Source: Fimbriosthenelais zetlandica | Taxonomy: Eukaryota | Assembly (NCBI GenBank): GCA_977030845.1 | Contig: OZ365112.1 | Span: forward strand, 5,394,001-5,458,000 | DNA: 64,000 nt | Direction: 5' to 3' | Shown: positions 12,901 through 26,329 of the stretch, in pieces | Numbering within the stretch: the stretch's first letter is position 1 | Layout of the letters: the number at the start of each line of letters is the position of its first letter | Translations under genes and position numbers: made by a program | The notes under the pieces: model-generated | What the model was told of the DNA's origin: nothing | The model's database searches: none | What the model saw: only the letters and a program-made list of their open reading frames with translations

Positions 12901-14019
12901 ACTTATCACTGATTTATCAGGTCTCAAGGTCCTAATGAACATCAACAGCAGCAATGTCCTCACCTTCCCCCGGAGGACTTTCCTCCAGTAAGTCTTGGTT
13001 TAGTACTCTCTCACTCCCCAATCATTTTCTGTCATCGTCTCACCTCAATCACGCACGTTTTTCTCTCTCAATCTCATCCCTCCCCAAACTTACTCCAACT
13101 TCTCGAGGATATTTCTCACGCCCACATATTATAATCATCAGTGGATAAGATTAATATCCAAGACCTTTTCCATTATTGCGTGTCTTTCTTCAGGCTTTCA
13201 TTTCATAATTCTTTGATTGGTTGGATGGGAAATATGTGAATTGCATGTATTAATCTCGAAGAGGTCAATCTAATTCATATTTGTTATGGGAGGCCTCTAA
13301 TTGTACAGGGGGAATAGTTGAGATGCTTGGGATTTCAAGTAGATTTCCCAATGTGTCAGCGGGATGGCGCCACTGGTGAAGCAAGATATAATGATAAAAT
13401 ATCAGCGGCACCTCTAAAAATTATTAAGATGAATCCAGAGAGTTCCGAGCAACACGAGATTTCTCCATTTATAGAACTCTCCCGATCGATCAAGAAGGAG
13501 GTAGAAAAGTTACTATTTTCTAGGTCGTCGTCGACAGACTTTATGCCAGCTTGCACGCAATAAGAATTAATGCTGCGGCTTGGAGTAGATTTAATTCAAA
13601 GGAAAATCTAATCAGGGTGATGGCATGTCGGTTCTGATCTCCCAAGCGCCACCCTGATGTACCCCAGACAAAACAAAATCGATTTGTGAAAGAAAAAACA
13701 CCGATGAAATGAAAGAGAATGAAATAAAATGGCACAGAGAAAAAATTCCCACGTCGGCAAGGATTAAGTTGTGCCGTTAAAAAACTGTTGATAGTCTCAA
13801 CATTTTTAGGGGAAAACATGATTCAAAATTTGATAAGAGGGATTTAAACCAGATAATATAATTGAATAGTGAAGCCTGCAACACCAGTCCATCCCATAGC
13901 AGATGAAGACTGTCCCTTCTGCAACCGGAAAAGTAAAGTTCGTAAAGAATCGTATTAAGCACAATTATTTTGTGGGATTGCCTTAAAAGCTTTAAAGATT
14001 ATCAATAGAATTTCTTGTT

Positions 14020-15200
14020 ATGGGTCTGGAAAACATCCACGTAATATTGAGCCGTTCTAAGTCCTTAGATAATTCTAGCTTTCCTTCTACCAAGCCATTG
14101 AGGTGCTCGCGAACTACTCAAGATCAGCCCGGAGAGCCACCATGTGACGAAGGAATGAACTATTACAAGACAATGCCTGGCATCCAGGCTTTCAAGAATT
14201 ATTTAAGGAGACAACCAGCAATTTCGGCCAAAAATGTGCTCACCCCCACACCCACCTCGATTGCTTTCCCTCTGGCATTGTATTAACAACTCCTTTCAGA
14301 GGTTAAATGCGCAGAAGGTCATATTGATCTAGAAATCATCTCAATTAGACATCATTGACGTTTGCCATCTTCTCACCAACTATACCACAAGCACCTGCCA
14401 AGTACTGCCACCAGCCAAAAATCGACCACAGGTCGCAAAATGGGAATGACTATATGGCATAGAATGTGTCTGTACTGAATGTGGAAAAAGGGGGACTGGC
14501 AATGCATGGAATTGCTCCCAGTTAAATATGGGTCATCTACCAGTGACTCTCTCTCTCTGTCCCTCCCTCTCTATCTCTCTCTCGCTCAATGGACTGTCAT
14601 ATTTAATACCATCTCGGTTTACTCTAAGAATAAGCTTAAGCCTAAAGAATCACCATAGATTAAACCCAATATGGATTATTCTCAGGGGTCGGAGGTGAGG
14701 TGGCCAGTGGACATTGGACCTTGCTCCAAATATTGTTCGTTCTTATGACCTTTGGTGCTTAGTCTGGAAAGTCAGTAACAAAGTAGAACCAACTTATCAT
14801 GTCTATCCAAACAAGGTGGCACTATCTCTATTTAACCAGAAACCCATTTCATTTCCGACCTGGGCAGTATTTCTCAGGCAGGGAGGGAACTCCTCGCTTT
14901 GCTTTTAATCACGTCTAAGCAACATAAGACCCGAGGCAATTAAGTTGCGAAAGCAAGTCACAAAGTGAGAGGCAAGAAAAGGATACAAATTATCTCTAAA
15001 TTACAACAGGAACTGGAGCCCTATCATTCATTCTAAAAGAAGCAATGTTGAAGAGAATGCAAGGTTCTACTTCCACAGGATATTTCCCATTTGGGTTAGA
15101 ATCCCAATTTGGTTGAATCAACTACTATATTAGTTATGGAATATACATATCCCAAGAAATTAACATAGCCTTCAGAAATACGTTTTACTTGACCTAATAT
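14020..15200 (+). mobile_element. Decayed L1/Tx1-like ORF2 RT fragment
   Basis: Colinear motifs: VLPPAKNRP (14402; cf. VLPKPGKDP), VSVLNVEK (14466; cf. ISLLNVD.K), KVSNKVEPTY and LRQGGNSSLCF (ORF 14714..14908; cf. KAFDRVEW and TRQGCPLSPLLF), GYK (14981), GYFPFG (15078) and YGIYISQ (15135; cf. YLGI.I). Interrupted by a CT microsatellite. Confidence 0.6.
14547..14583. repeat. Imperfect (CT)n microsatellite
   Basis: ctctctctctctgtccctccctctctatctctctctc read directly. Confidence 0.85.
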
Positions 15201-17849
15201 GCCAAAAATATCTGTTGGAGCATTCAACCGCAAAAGGAACGAGTAAGTGATGCAGACAGAATATGAAAAAAAGTTTAAAATACTGAGACTGTGAAAAGTG
15301 ACTCCTCCTACCTGAGGCTTGTGAACTTGTGAGATAGGAAGAAGTGGTGAAGGTGTGTCTAGAACGCCGACCTAAATTAAAGAAAAAAAGACCACATTAA
15401 ACTCACAAATACATGGAATTATAGACGGTTGCACTTAGCAGGGCATTGTGGTAACTAATGGGAATTCCAGACAGCGAAAAACACCCTAAAAAATGATCAC
15501 GAGCAAGAAAATATGGAAAGAAAGAACAGGATTAGGGATGGCAGATGAAAAACAAAGATGTAGATTGAAATGGAAGAGAAAGAGGGAGGGGCGCGGTGGT
15601 TTATCATCATTAAGAATGAAGGTACATCATTCTTTATTGATTTTGCGATCCATAATAGTTAAAACCTCCTGAATGTCATAAGAAATCGGCAAGGCCAATC
15701 TGATGAGGAAAAATGCCACCCTGGGGGTGTGACTACTGACAAAATCACATTGACACAGAAAGAAATAGCTCGCTCACAGTGGGAGGTTTTTGTCTATTTT
15801 CATGCATTAATGATTAATAAGAAAACATTAGGCAAGTGTCTTAATGAGCATAATCATCTTAGCAATAGATGTCCTCTAGGTATGTGAATCAAAAACTATA
15901 TAAAGGACAACTAATTATGCATTTATTTGATATTACGACTGACTTGTCAAAAATTGTTAAATCGTGTCCAATTAATCCCACAGAAGAATACTGAAAATTG
16001 GCCTACATTACCATCAATCAAAGGTAAAACAGTTACATATTTTCTGTACATATAACAGGGAAATGAGTAAAGAAAGTTACAATAATTATCAACCTGAGGC
16101 ATGAATATCAATTATTCTATTTCAACTTGTTTGAATTAACATGAAGGAATTGTAAAGTGTCCCAGTTTTTCCAGCATTCCAAGATGTTTTCCTATAATCG
16201 GAAATGACAAAAGTGGGAAGTTTATGCATGATAGGTACATTATGCATGACTTGGGATGGTACAGTGAGCTAGAAATGAGCGATAAAGGGGAGCCTCATAC
16301 AGGTGAATGACACTGATTGTGCGTATAGAGGGAGCACCTGTTGCGGAGCTGCTCCGAGCATTTAATCCCTTTACCATTACCTAATAAGAATCAAACCCAA
16401 TGGGAACAGCACTTCTCCCGTATTTCCTGGCATCCATCTGCCCTCTTTTATACAATAGGAAGTATATATTTGAGTTATTTCTGATGTATATCGTAGAGAA
16501 GAATGTCATATATATGAATAGCAAATGCATACTTGTACAATGAACTTCACAAGACATGTAGCATAATATTTGAAGGCTGCCATTTCTTATTACATAGGTA
16601 ATAATTCAGAGCCTCTACGTATATATACATATTATGTATGTACTATCAATCAATTAAAGAAGGTCTGACATATTCACAGATAATGCAATAGTGAATCCCT
16701 TAGCTCTCCCCACCCTACGCTTCCCACTAGCTTTTCCCTTGGTTGTCAATATCAAAGATGACAAGCCAATGAGTGTGGAAAAGCCATCCATTTTTTCACA
16801 CAGCCGCCTTCGGAAGAGATATATATCAAATGTTATACATACGGCAAGGGGAAAGAAAGGGTTTCCTTATCAAGAAGGGATAGAGCTAGGTGGATGTACC
16901 GAGGTCTCTAGACAGATACACCGGGATCACTATCACAGAGTCTACAGGTACACCAAAGGAAGAGACATGAAAAATAAGGTACACGTAGACGGAAAAAGTG
17001 ACTGCTCAGAATGTGTGTGGATCATATATATGAATTAATGACACTGCCTCAGCATATATGTCTCTTAACTAGTTTCTCATCATAGTTTGAAATGACAAAG
17101 AAAGATCGAATGATTTCGGGAATTTAAAACAAATCAATTAAAAATCGATGCTACAGTCAAGATTCTATGACCAATCAGAAACCGCATTATCCCATTAATA
17201 TGTACCAAAGAAGGCCGAATTTAGATACTAGCAATGGTACAAAAGGTTGAAATAAAAAGGTTTTTATACACTTTTGTACAACACTTGATTGCGCCTGTCC
17301 CAGAAGCTGGTGAACAAGTATATAGACCCAGGAGAAAAATTCCAGCTTTGTAATGAGCCTGAGAAGAGATTGAAATCAGGTCTGGACAATACCCTGTGGA
17401 TGGTGAGTGAATTAAAACCATGGTTCCCTGGCACAGGGGGGCTTGACTAACACTGGTAGGGAGAGGAGATGAGGAGGTGTAGGTGCAGCCCACACGAGTA
17501 GCTCATTCTGGCCTATCAGTGTAGATTACAACCCAGTCTTTAGTGTCAAATGCTCATCTGCGTGCACTATTAACTCCTCTACCGAACTCTTGTATTCTTT
17601 TAAACTACAGCATAAAGCAGGTATTTCATTGTTGTCAACATTTTCCTGAGGTACATAACATTGAGGCTGCACCTGCTTTCTTATGCATTTTTTGTTAATG
17701 AGTTTCTTTAAATTTTGATTTAAATAAAGTACATGTAAGGGAACTAGGACAATTAGGAAATACTTTATATATGTCTAGTTCATATCTTGAATATTCATAA
17801 CATACCGGAATATCATGGAACAATAATCTGTTTTATAAAATATTAGCTC

Positions 17850-18560
17850 TCGAAAAAATGCCCTGGGGCATCCAATGAGGATCTAAGGGGGATGTATGCA
17901 TCGCACAATGCAATTGCTAACCCATTCCAAAGCAATCCTATAGAGGCAATCAGAAACAGATAGATTTCCAAGGGCCGCAATGGAAACATTATTTTGGGAA
18001 AAAATAATGCTACATATAGATATAGAATCCGGTGTGGTAACAATGAAAGTAATAACATTGGCATTTATGTTTATAAATGAGAACCATGCCAGGACCTCCC
18101 GAACCAAATTCACCCCATCCATTTCCACCGATTGACGACCAAATAATTTTGTGAGTATTTTTGTTCGAATCTCTGATCCTCTCCCTCATATGGGAAGAGT
18201 AAAAAGTAAGGCCATCAAGGGCCTTAAAAGCGTCTGGGTAGGATCACACATTAATGACTACCATTAAAGTCAATAGGTGCTGGTAGGCACTGCTTAATGC
18301 CCTCCAATTATGAGCACATAACATGTCCCTCGCACTAGTGTAACCGGAACAGGAAAGCCTGGGTAAAAATATGATGCTTTTAACGATTATTTTTCACCAT
18401 TGACAGGTGAATAATGGGATGTTATTTCCGTGAAAATAACAAAAAAAGAAACATTAACCAACCCTGGGAATAAAAGAGGAGTGGAATTCTGAAAAGCAGA
18501 TAAAAACTGAATAAAATTGTTTTTTTACTGATTCTTTTAAATGGCTGGCAGATGGGGTTT
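17850..18560 (-). mobile_element. Decayed L1/Tx1-like ORF2 fragment
   Basis: LVRGTCYVL (18312-18338; cf. L.RGTRQGCPL), then LLPHRILYLYVALFFP and LLWNG in ORF 17843..18064 (cf. ILPRLLYLFQ.LP ... FIWNG). Confidence 0.5.
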
Positions 18561-19699
18561 GCTTTGTGTTACTTGGGGAAACAATGAGAGAACCTACCTG
18601 AGACAAGGGAGGGATAGATAGTGGCGTGCTCACAGGTCTCCGCATATAAGAAATGTTTCAGTATCCAGATAGAGAAGTTAGGAAGAGGTTATTTGTGGGG
18701 ATGCTGGGAGAATATGACTTGGATGTAGGAGAGTTAATAGGGGGGCTTCAGACAGTGGAAGTGATATGGTCTATCTAGTAGGACGGAGGGAGTGGAATAC
18801 TAGTTAGTGATGAGGCTGGGACGAGAGCTAGTGTTCCTCATGTGATATTGTATATATAACTCATACAATTGGACACGACCATGATAATGAAAATATCTCT
18901 TCGGGGAGGAGAGATAGGAGAGAGGAAAATAGGAAAGAGAGTAGAGCAGAGCAGAAAAACAGGGAGAGAGGGAGAGTGAAAGGGGGGCAGGAGAGATATG
19001 AAAGTTAAAAAAAAACAGCCAGACTTATCATACTTTGTTCTGGTTGAATCATGATTGGCAACTCATGAACATTTATGGTCCGACCTTTGCCCTACACAAA
19101 ATGTAAATGGGTTACACTTGAGTTTGTGATTCAATAAAATCGCTAAAATGACCCAGAATCGGGTCCAAATCTGGCCCTCCATGTCCCAACTCCTCTTCGT
19201 CCTGCCTTTTTTTGCTCCAAATCTCGTTGAGGTCCCATTGAGCGCGTGAATTCGCGTGGCGCCATAAGTGCTAGCGTGTCGTCCCCAATTGGCAGAGCAG
19301 ACATCGTCTCCGAAGGTTTCTATGGGACTCTAAAGGCTGTTGCTAGGCTTTGGAGCCCAGTGACATATTGCTAGAGAGATGGACAAGGACAGCTGCAGTG
19401 GCAAGAGAAGGCTTGGGTCACTTTGGGCCATTGGCCAAACGGATAAATTTCCATGTCAGAAGAATAAAACTCTCTGTTGTATAGAACTCTCCTTCTCTTA
19501 TGTCCCCAACCCCTCGCTTCTGACCAATGCTTGCATTGAATTAAGACAAGACTTATTGGAACCGAAAACAGCCGGAAAAAAATAAATTAGGTCATAAAAA
19601 TGTTACCCTATGGTGGATAGGAATTGTACCAAGGCAACGGAGTGAGAGATTATTGCTCTTATTTATATCGACTGGAAAATAGGTCCATTCAGCATGAAA

Positions 19700-21050
19700 T
19701 ATGTGATGTACTCATCCTTTAGTTAGGCATAAACATTGCTCCATTTCCATGGTAACAGGGAAATAGCAATATAAGCTTTTAGCTTATCTTCGACCATGGT
19801 AAAATGGTCCCAAGAAATGCTTCCTGTCAGAGACTTGTAGCAGGGGCTTCCATGTTCAAGGATTTGGCAGGCTCATGCCTCTCCTGAGGCTCTTTCCTGG
19901 TCTTGGCGGAGGCATAAAACTGGTGTAACACGTCCCTTGCGATAACCCATATTAGGCAATTAGAAACGGAGTAATGCAAAAACAGGATCTTAAGCAATAA
20001 ACTGCCTAGTTGATTGGTGTTCTGTTGCCTCTGGGAATGAGGCTTCGACAGTTAGTTTTGATTGGTTGGTGTGATTCAATTCACGCCTTCGTGACCTTGA
20101 GGATAAGGTCATACTAAACGGTTAGGTCCGCCATATTGGACGTCAGTGGGGCTGAGAGATCAGGGTAAAAATAGATCACCAACTGCATTGGATAAGATAG
20201 ATAGAGGACCCAAACAATGATTCATTCTCTCAGTGGACCACATATGTTTTCGTTCAGGATATTAATACTTGTTTCTTAATCTTGTAAAAGGCAGAAATGC
20301 AGGAGATTTTATCATAATAATGTGAATAACACCTCAGGGTTTTATACATGAACAGAACTTTCACTCTGAAGTCAATAAGTATAGCCACCATTATTTGGCC
20401 AAATGCGTCCTGTCATCTTTCTTTACAAGGAGGCGAAAATCGCCTCAAGGCACCACAGGCTATAGCATTCCACGCAGCAAAGACTCCTGAAAAATCTTTA
20501 TCATCCAAATGGGTGAGAAGACTAAATACATTATGATCTTCCCTTACAGAAAGGGAACATTTCTTATCGTCAATACTGCAACCACCATAGTTATTGAAAG
20601 CCATTGCTATTGCATTTCTTTGAGGGTTGGAGCTAAGTAAGATTAGGAGAGAAAGTTAGCTTTTGCGGAAGAGTACAAAGAAAGAGGAGTAGGAAAGGCT
20701 TTGAAAAACCCTGATAAAGGACATGGATAGATGATAGGATGGGTTTAACAAAGGGTTGGCCTAATAAGACTGTGTAAGTCGTTACTTAGTACACAAGCTT
20801 AACGCAGGGTATTGATACCCATTCCTGAGGTGTCATGTTCATATTTTTACTAGTAGCTTAACAAAATACCTTTTCCGAGATTTAAGCCAAGCAGTATGAA
20901 CTTTTGTCCCAGAATCAGATTCAGAATTAATACCATATGATCCATCGTATGTTTAAAAAGCATTAACAAATTATGATGCTTTTAGATTAGTAATACATGT
21001 AGGTATCTTGAAAGCATTCAATGCAGCTCCATTTGTTAATACGAGTTACA
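19700..21050 (-). mobile_element. Decayed L1/Tx1-like ORF2 (APE to RT) remnant
   Basis: CIECFQDTY (20996-21025; cf. I.CLQETH), WNAIACGALRRF (ORF 20413..20604; cf. WDA.KA.LRG) and PRPGK (19892-19906; cf. PKPGKD), in the right order. Confidence 0.45.
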
Positions 21051-22238
21051 TGGCAGTTTGCCTCTACATTGTGGAAAGACTCCTTTTGCAGAATGTCCTC
21101 CCGCATATTACTCTAAGCCTAATGACATTTTCCACTTGGCATATTGAGAGATATTTGTGCAAGACGATGCAGACAGGATGAAACCTGTTCTCGTTTGAAG
21201 CTTGGAATTTAATCAAAGGCAGCACTAGAATAGAATTGTATTACATTATTAAGATTTCCAGCATCTGGCTCCGTTTTCTGGAAATTACATTCGAATGCAG
21301 GCTGTAAATTTAGTACCCCACCGACGAATCAAGGGTCCCTGCACCTATATATAATAGTCTTGCTATATAATTAGTTATTGCGAATTATATATGAATAAAA
21401 TAGTTATTTGCTTCATCAGAATTTAAGTCCAAGAAAATGTATACATGTATACAATATAGGAGGTCAGGAGAACCAAAACTGACATACCAGGACATTATAC
21501 TTATAATAATAGGTCACTTACAGAACATACTGTGAAATATAATAAAGGATAGCCGGCTAACATCATCTTAAAACATTTTCAGTGAATTATTAGGTCCCTA
21601 TGTTAGGCAGAGTGATGGAGTAACTGCCAAAAGTAAATGTCCCTTATTTGTCAGATGAAACGAGTTAGAGGAATTAAAGACCAACAATCAGAGTAATTGA
21701 ATTGGATCACGATGGCATGTTTTAGCATTTCATTCTCCTCTTGTAATTTCACCATTAAAACACGTGCAAGCTGGGCAATATGAAAAGGCAATGGCTTCCC
21801 CTCTTCTCTCCCCCGAGTCGCATTCCCATTACTTAAATGCAGCGTGAAAGTTTTTCAATGCTCGAGTAATTATCAGTCAGGCAAATCCAGGATTTTCTTT
21901 AGGACTGAATCGAAGCCCTAGGATAACACTGCAGTAGTTGAGGCCATAATTGAAATGGAATGGAATAATTGTTTCATAATGTTTCCCTGTTCAAAGCTGA
22001 GAGGCCACAATGCTCTGTACCTCATGGGACAGTCCGACAAAGCCATGCATAGATCTATGAAATTCCATAGATTATGAACGAAACAAAGACAGAAAATGGA
22101 GATTGTTTTACCAATATTATCTGTGATGCGTTGTTATAATTAGTAAAAGATTAATTAAAAGTTAGGTGGACACTGAGTGGGAGTTGTCTCTGTCATAATT
22201 AGAATGCCAATGTTAGGGCAAGCTGCTTTAGAGCTACT

Positions 22239-22277
22239 CTTAACACCCCGATCACGCGAGCTACTCGGGGTGTTAAG
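22239..22277. repeat. Perfect 13-bp inverted repeat with 13-nt loop
   Basis: cttaacaccccga (22239-22251) is the exact reverse complement of tcggggtgttaag (22265-22277). Confidence 0.9.
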
Positions 22278-23877
22278 TGCATTATGCTTAACGTTCCCTT
22301 CCTGACAAATATGATTTATCGGTGGAGAAGTGTCTTCCTCCTCGTGGCTCCCTTTAAATCATAGACACACTGAGTGGATAATAAGAGAGCCAGTTGAGAA
22401 ATAACAGAGGAAACATTGTTTATCGAAAGAGCCTGGATGTAATTTGGACACGGCATAATTGTAGTTGCCTCGAGGCTCTGTCTGATTCCAATACTCGAGC
22501 CACAGTACCATTACTCATAGACAAGTCTCAAGTTCAGCTCCCACAGAAGCTCCACTTCTACATTCTTCTTCATCTTTATCAAATCAGGATGCCATCATCC
22601 ATTTAATATACGAGTTACAAAACTTTGTTTTGTGAATATTGCCGAGGGAGGATTCTAGGATGAATGATTCTGCAGTATTCTTTAATTAAGGCTTTATTAA
22701 AAGGACTATCAACTTGAACAGGGCTTTCTATGATATAAGTTTGTATACGCTTTCAAACACTGTTAACTATTGTCGCAGACGCCTGAACTAAACCGTAAAT
22801 ACTATTACTATAAATAACCAGTAAGTCCTATAGCTGTTCTCTATATACATTTCTCCTAAAATTCCCAAGTGAACATTGTAATTCACACCAGAAAGACATG
22901 CACCTGCATGGATGAACCAGATTACCACTGCCACCTTGAAAAGGTGCAAATCCCTGAGCGTCACTTTAGGCCGGAAGTCAGGTGTTCTACTTCCGCTCTG
23001 TCTCCACCATCGTGAATCCCCTTTGAATGTAAACTAAACTACTCAACTTCCACTTCCGGTTCCGCTGCCCTAGCTCCAAGCATGATCTTCCATACTGACT
23101 AGTTCTAGGTCAGAGCTAGTAAGTGATAAGTCCCAAATGAAGTGAAATAATAGTATGTTTAAGAAAATAAGCAAATAAATTGCTAGATGAATTTTAGAGA
23201 AATGTATACCCAATTAAGATTTATCTCCAGTTGGAGAATGATTAGAAAATACGCAACTTATATGAAACCTGAAATTCTCATCATTTATTCATCTGAATAA
23301 TAAAAAGTATATTGGGACTCGCACGCGTTTTCTATTTACAGTGGTTTTCTGCTTTCATATTATGATAAGAAACATGTGTTAATAGACTTGTAAGCATTAT
23401 GTAGACTGGTAAGGCAATTGCCAATTAGGCCAGCTGCACTGGTTACGATGGGAAAATGTGGACAACAGAGTGCCTTTCATTGGGTCACGGAAACCTCGTT
23501 AGCTGAATGTCCAAGAAGGATGTCCCTTTGTGAGCTAAGAGGCCCTAAGACAGCTCATAGTGTATTCCCGACTTGCGGCAAGGAGGTGCCAGAGCCATTG
23601 GGAAAAATGGATGGGTACACACTGTCCGTTAGGAATTTACAAGCTCCTCTGCTAAATCATTTATAAGTACAAGAGCTAAATGGGTTTGCGGGACAGGAGG
23701 CTGAGAGTATAAGGACGCACAGATGTGGTTCTGATGTTTAAATAATGGAATATACCTTCTTTGCGTGACTTCGAAATGCAGGGTTCTGAGGAGAGCGGGT
23801 ACATGTGAGAGTAAGTGCTTATCATCAAGCAATTTACTTCTTGGGATTTTTAATACTTCATTAATGTAAATGTTATG

Positions 23878-24254
23878 NNNNNNNNNNNNNNNNNNNNNNN
23901 NNNNNNNNNNNNNNNNNNNNNNNNNNNNNNNNNNNNNNNNNNNNNNNNNNNNNNNNNNNNNNNNNNNNNNNNNNNNNNNNNNNNNNNNNNNNNNNNNNNN
24001 NNNNNNNNNNNNNNNNNNNNNNNNNNNNNNNNNNNNNNNNNNNNNNNNNNNNNNNNNNNNNNNNNNNNNNNNNNNNNNNNNNNNNNNNNNNNNNNNNNNN
24101 NNNNNNNNNNNNNNNNNNNNNNNNNNNNNNNNNNNNNNNNNNNNNNNNNNNNNNNNNNNNNNNNNNNNNNNNNNNNNNNNNNNNNNNNNNNNNNNNNNNN
24201 NNNNNNNNNNNNNNNNNNNNNNNNNNNNNNNNNNNNNNNNNNNNNNNNNNNNNN
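23878..24254. other. Assembly gap (377 N)
   Basis: Run of n from 23878 to 24254. It creates the X-filled ORFs 23629..24273, 23870..24388, 23873..24277 and 23875..24339. Confidence 0.99.
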
Positions 24255-26290
24255 CCTTCCACAGTTCTACCAAGCACGCAAAAATAATAAATTACCGGTA
24301 CTTCAAAACCTTAGGAAAACAAATTCTAGCCATATTTGAGCTTCATATCCACCCCCCCCCCCCTCAACCTCCCTTACTACAAATTTGAGTAACTGGTATA
24401 CATGTTATCTATTCACATTCTATCTATAGAAGAATATCAACATATTTCAGCCTCATGTTTTTTCCTCTCTCTTACCCCTTGATTCGAAATACCTCTATTA
24501 ATCCTGCTGGGAATATTCATGGCAGATTGTCCCAGATAGCTGAATTAGCACCAGTGACGTGAAGCCCAAATCGAGGGGAACCCATGAGCTGATATGACAC
24601 AAATTATTGATCATAATAGAGAAAAGCATGGCTAATTTATGTCTGTTTTATCTGGGCTGCTGTTATCTCAGCTGAGCTAGCTGCACAGTAGCTGGCCTAT
24701 AAGCAGGAACCACTCCGGCACAGTCTCCTTTGGTGGTAAATTGCCAGCCCCCTGCGGGGGAACAACGAAAGCTGTATTCCAAGCTAAAGCTAATCTTAAC
24801 TACAGCAAGCCATGATCATATCATAATCGTGTGATCACTTGGGTGGGCCTTACTCCATGGAATGAATATGCGATAAGGTTTCTGCAGATTTACGACGAGT
24901 TAAATGGATGAATTTCCAAGACAAAGTACCCCACAGGGGTCTAACCAATCTCTGGGTAGGTTCTAAAGTGACTACATGTATTAAATCTCGTACGGTGACA
25001 ACGCTATCTGATACTGGTAAGGGTAGGCCTACACTTTAATATTCTATAGCTTGTTCTTGTCGCCTTTGCTGATTATATTGTCAAGGCCCATAAAATTGAT
25101 CTCCTTTCTTTGAAGAGCGTTTTGGAATGATATTCTCAAGCCTTTATTGGCGTGATACCTTTGTGATATTCATATTCTAATTTGATGAGGATCTCCCAAG
25201 CCAAAGGAAACATGCACCTCTCAAAGAGACAAGGCAGTTTACACAGGGAACTTAAGTCAGGTAAAATCTTTATCGCCATGAAAAGACTATAGTTTATTAA
25301 ATAAAAGCAAGGTTCTTTGATGATGAAATTGATAGGAGGTTCATTTCAGTTGGAGTATCACAAGTTTAGTGCAGACATATTTTAAGTATTTTACAACACA
25401 AAGCAGTCCACATGGAGTGGAGAAAAGATATTAATGTATAGAATAATGATTTAAGGTTTATACTGGCCTATACCACCTATAACCTTTAGCACAGCTAATT
25501 GTTAGATCAGGAATCAGGCTTTAAGACCGTGTTCGTTGAGATCTCATTAGGTGAACTGGTTGCCTTGGAAACATTATCACTAGCAGGACACGGGCCCTTG
25601 GACAATAAACAGTAATGATGCTATTGCCGTGAGTAGCAATTGATGTAGCAAATGCTTCCACTAATTCAGTATCAAAGATGCTCCAAAGAGGGAGACCTGA
25701 ACCCAACAGACAAAACACAAACTCGACAATTAAACCCAATGGAAGCTTCTGTAAAGGCTTGTTCTGATGGAAAGGCCATTGGATATTCAATTTGCAGGGA
25801 ACTGAAGCTAATGAGCATTTCAGTTTAACAAGACACTGGAAGCAAAGACTCCCCAGGGAATGCCCTGCTACACCCACCAGCACTGGCCCTGTCAGGCAAA
25901 GGATTATGTTTACCCCGCCGCCTACCTCTAAAACTGGGACTTAAGATTTGTACAACTGCAACCAACACACAAATACCATTTGCTTTCAACCAGCAGCCAT
26001 TTATCTCCAATGGCTGTCCATGAAAAATGCCAGAATAAATAGGGGATTTTATTTTATTTCTGACGTCATGAACTTGTGCTCTTTTCAGCAGAGGAGGCTG
26101 GGATAATTCATTTTGGATATTTCTTGTTGATTTTAACATGAAATCAACCCAATGCCTGGGAAGAAACAAGGAAATCGTCTTTCTGAGAATTGCATTTATG
26201 TGCTCAAATGCAGTTTAGGTTCTCATTTTCCACAATTCCATTTGCATGGATGAACCAGACTAATTGAGTCATAGTTGGATTAGAAATAAT

Positions 26291-26329
26291 AAATCTTGAA
26301 ATCCACGACAAATCTTGAAATCAAACGAC
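26291..26329 (+). repeat. Short tandem duplication (19-20 bp x2)
   Basis: aaatcttgaaatccacgac followed by aaatcttgaaatcaaacgac. Confidence 0.85.

Noticed and set aside
13611-13658. 9-bp inverted repeat atcagggtg/caccctgat
   Set aside because: Several such pairs are expected by chance in 64 kb.
8876-19756. RFX X-box-like motifs (tttaccatggcaac ~8877-8890; atttccatggtaac 19743-19756)
   Set aside because: Each deviates from consensus, lies inside an L1 relic, and has no promoter context.
23629-24388. Four long ORFs of 134-214 aa
   Set aside because: Artefacts of translating the N gap.
25460-25570. ggcctataccacctataacc...gatcaggaa...ctggttgccttgga, faintly like 5S rRNA or a 5S-derived SINE head
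   Set aside because: It needs several indels and a ~35-nt insertion, and the internal promoter boxes are not recognisable.
22905-26259. Identical 17-mer tgcatggatgaaccaga at 22905 and 26243 (similarly tatgatcttcccttaca at 20532 and 53782)
   Set aside because: The flanks do not align convincingly, and isolated 17-mer matches are borderline chance at this window size.
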